23,156 nucleotides of DNA, from contig JBHGNT010000487.1 in the NCBI GenBank assembly GCA_043228905.1, forward strand, positions 1 to 23,156, written 5' to 3'. The notes under the pieces were generated by a model. The model had not been told where the DNA came from and searched no databases. It saw nothing but the letters and a program-made list of their open reading frames with translations. Positions 20,690 to 23,156 of the stretch are shown piece by piece. Every line of letters begins with the position of its first letter. The stretch's first letter is position 1. Made by a program: the position numbers and the translations under genes. This stretch comes from Azolla caroliniana (taxonomy: Eukaryota > Plantae > Polypodiophyta).

Positions 20690-21475
20690 TTAGAAGCGAC
20701 GAATACAAGCACGAGGGCGAAGATCGCACTGTTGGAGTAGGCGGGAGGCGGCGACGCCTAGAGCTCTTTCCTCGTCATCGGCCTTGAATTGGCGACGTTG
20801 TTGACGTTCGTCCTCTTGTCGTCGAGACATGCGGTGGCGGCGTTCGTCACCCTCTCGTCGCTCACGGCTGCTATCTCTCTCGCGCTCCTCGTCCTCTTCC
20901 TCCCAGCTACGGTGTTCCCTTGATTGTTGGCCATGGCGTCGGCCTTCATCATTGCGTCGTTCCTCCTCGTCAGCATACAAGGCATCACGTAGGCGATCGC
21001 ATCGATCTTCGGCGGGGATTCGTTCGACGTTCCTGCAGCACCGTTCCGAGGGTCTTGAGTATCGAGTGTTTTCGATCCATGGGGAGCGACGTCCTTGTTC
21101 ACCTTCCTCTCTTTCGGAGCGCTCTTGTAGCTCTCGGATCTGCTTGTCGATGAAATCACCGCACTCTCGCCTCAGTTCCTCGTCACGTGGCTCATCGCGA
21201 CCACGGCTACGACGTTCCCTTTCCTCTTCGGAGTCTCTCTTGTTGTCTCTGTAGCGGCGCCCCTCCTCAAGGAACCCCTCACGACGTCGCTCGCGCCTCT
21301 CGTCATCGCACTCCCCCTCTCGGCGTCGGTCGCGCCTCTCCTCGTCAATGTCTCCCTCACGACGTCGATCGCGTCGCTCCTCTTCACGGTCCCGCCCTAC
21401 AGACCTAGCATTGGCCGCGGTACACGCGGCGAGCATGATCACGGCCATGAGGAATACGGAAGTAAGCTTTGCCAT
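20690..21475 (-). CDS. 2S albumin-like storage protein precursor, copy 13
   Basis: Identical 261-aa translation. Confidence 0.85.
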   Translation of the reverse strand: MAKLTSVFLMAVIMLAACTAANARSVGRDREEERRDRRREGDIDEERRDRRREGECDDERRERRREGFLEEGRRYRDNKRDSEEERERRSRGRDEPRDEELRRECGDFIDKQIRELQERSEREEGEQGRRSPWIENTRYSRPSERCCRNVERIPAEDRCDRLRDALYADEEERRNDEGRRHGQQSREHRSWEEEDEERERDSSRERREGDERRHRMSRRQEDERQQRRQFKADDEERALGVAASRLLQQCDLRPRACIRRF

Positions 21476-22342
21476 TGCGATTGTCCTTATGATCCCGGTG
21501 CTTGTCTCCTAATGGATTGTATTGACATTGCTCCCTCCACCTTTAATATATACACATGGCCATGCAATCAGAGCACATGCATGTCACTCACCACTCCCAT
21601 TACCATAACGTGTGTGTCCCTGCGTACAACTCTTGCCCAAGACCCATACCAACTAGTCCACCCTCCCACACGTCTAGGCTAGTCCTAGGTGTCGTATTGT
21701 CACCAGACAATCTGGGCGCAACCTGTGGCGGGTACTCCTCCTCCTCCTCGCGCGAGAGCTTGTCGAGCAACATAACATTTATACATACGTAGGTAGATGT
21801 GCGCACTCGCGCGTGCGCGTAGGGGTGTGCGGGCACGTGCACATTAAACTAGCACGCGCTAGTGCCGAGACACTAAGCACGCGGAGGCTACTGCGGGACG
21901 AGTGGTGGCTCCCGGAGTGTGCTACATCGATGAACGTAGATAGACCGGTGTCCGTACTCGCTCGTTCGGACGAGGGGTTGGTAACGACGACGACAAGGAA
22001 AGCTAACCGGACTACCACACTAGGAGTGTCCTATCGGGCAAGTGTGGAAGCAAGTTCACATTCGCCGCGTGTACAAGTTGACCTTAGCCGTTGCCGTGGC
22101 GTGTGCGGTATGGGTGGGTGTTCCGCTTTGATGTTTTTTTTCCGTTTGGGTGGTTTGCGGTCCCTATAGGCAAATTCTATACGTTGGTGGTCGTGTCTAC
22201 GTTCGTGTTGGAGGGACGTTGGTGCTCGTGTTTACGTTCGTGTGGGTGTAATGCGCGATTGGGGAGACGCACTTGTTCGTAAACACTTACGAGAAATTAG
22301 AGAGAGACCACGAGAATAATTTGAACAAGGTTTATGTACTAT

Positions 22343-23128
22343 TTAGAAGCGACGAATACAAGCACGAGGGCGAAGATCGCACTGTTGGAGTAGGCGGGAG
22401 GCGGCGACGCCTAGAGCTCTTTCCTCGTCATCGGCCTTGAATTGGCGACGTTGTTGACGTTCGTCCTCTTGTCGTCGAGACATGCGGTGGCGGCGTTCGT
22501 CACCCTCTCGTCGCTCACGGCTGCTATCTCTCTCGCGCTCCTCGTCCTCTTCCTCCCAGCTACGGTGTTCCCTTGATTGTTGGCCATGGCGTCGGCCTTC
22601 ATCATTGCGTCGTTCCTCCTCGTCAGCATACAAGGCATCACGTAGGCGATCGCATCGATCTTCGGCGGGGATTCGTTCGACGTTCCTGCAGCACCGTTCC
22701 GAGGGTCTTGAGTATCGAGTGTTTTCGATCCATGGGGAGCGACGTCCTTGTTCACCTTCCTCTCTTTCGGAGCGCTCTTGTAGCTCTCGGATCTGCTTGT
22801 CGATGAAATCACCGCACTCTCGCCTCAGTTCCTCGTCACGTGGCTCATCGCGACCACGGCTACGACGTTCCCTTTCCTCTTCGGAGTCTCTCTTGTTGTC
22901 TCTGTAGCGGCGCCCCTCCTCAAGGAACCCCTCACGACGTCGCTCGCGCCTCTCGTCATCGCACTCCCCCTCTCGGCGTCGGTCGCGCCTCTCCTCGTCA
23001 ATGTCTCCCTCACGACGTCGATCGCGTCGCTCCTCTTCACGGTCCCGCCCTACAGACCTAGCATTGGCCGCGGTACACGCGGCGAGCATGATCACGGCCA
23101 TGAGGAATACGGAAGTAAGCTTTGCCAT
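22343..23128 (-). CDS. 2S albumin-like storage protein precursor, copy 14
   Basis: Identical 261-aa translation. Confidence 0.85.
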   Translation of the reverse strand: MAKLTSVFLMAVIMLAACTAANARSVGRDREEERRDRRREGDIDEERRDRRREGECDDERRERRREGFLEEGRRYRDNKRDSEEERERRSRGRDEPRDEELRRECGDFIDKQIRELQERSEREEGEQGRRSPWIENTRYSRPSERCCRNVERIPAEDRCDRLRDALYADEEERRNDEGRRHGQQSREHRSWEEEDEERERDSSRERREGDERRHRMSRRQEDERQQRRQFKADDEERALGVAASRLLQQCDLRPRACIRRF

Positions 23129-23156
23129 TGCGATTGTCCTTATGATCCCGGTGCTT

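Larger units (their letters stand above)
1..23156 (-). repeat. Tandem direct-repeat gene array, unit ~1652-1653 bp, 14 full units, open at both window ends
   Basis: The same ORF set recurs throughout. Start codons at 16, 1643, 3296, 4949, 6602, 8255, 9907, 11560, 13211, 14863, 16516, 18169, 19822, 21475, 23128 give spacings of 1627, 1653x4, 1652, 1653, 1651, 1652, 1653x5. Confidence 0.99.

Noticed and set aside
1-23156. CRISPR array, rDNA/5S array or transposon interpretation of the repeat
   Set aside because: No short repeat-unique spacer structure, no recognisable rRNA/tRNA/snRNA sequence, and no transposase, RT, LTR or TIR seen.

Overview
The whole window lies inside a head-to-tail tandem gene array: 14 complete, near-identical units of about 1652-1653 bp, plus the first 16 nt of a 15th gene copy, with the array running off both edges. 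Each unit carries one intronless minus-strand gene for a 261-aa secreted, extremely Arg/Glu/Asp-rich protein. Its cysteine skeleton (C..CC..xRC..C..C) fits a plant 2S albumin-type (prolamin superfamily) seed/spore storage protein, enlarged by charged low-complexity insertions and apparently lacking the C1-C5 disulfide pair. Each gene has its own maturation-type promoter (TATA, RY/legumin-box-like CATGCATG, ABRE/G-box ACGT elements). Twelve copies encode identical proteins and two carry 1-bp frameshifts. The few other variants fall in blocks of adjacent units. Unit 1 contains a 12-nt match to the SMART/PacBio PCR adapter replacing 38 nt of spacer, so part of the fine structure, and possibly the copy number, may be a library or assembly artefact. 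The other ORFs are shadow ORFs of the repeat.
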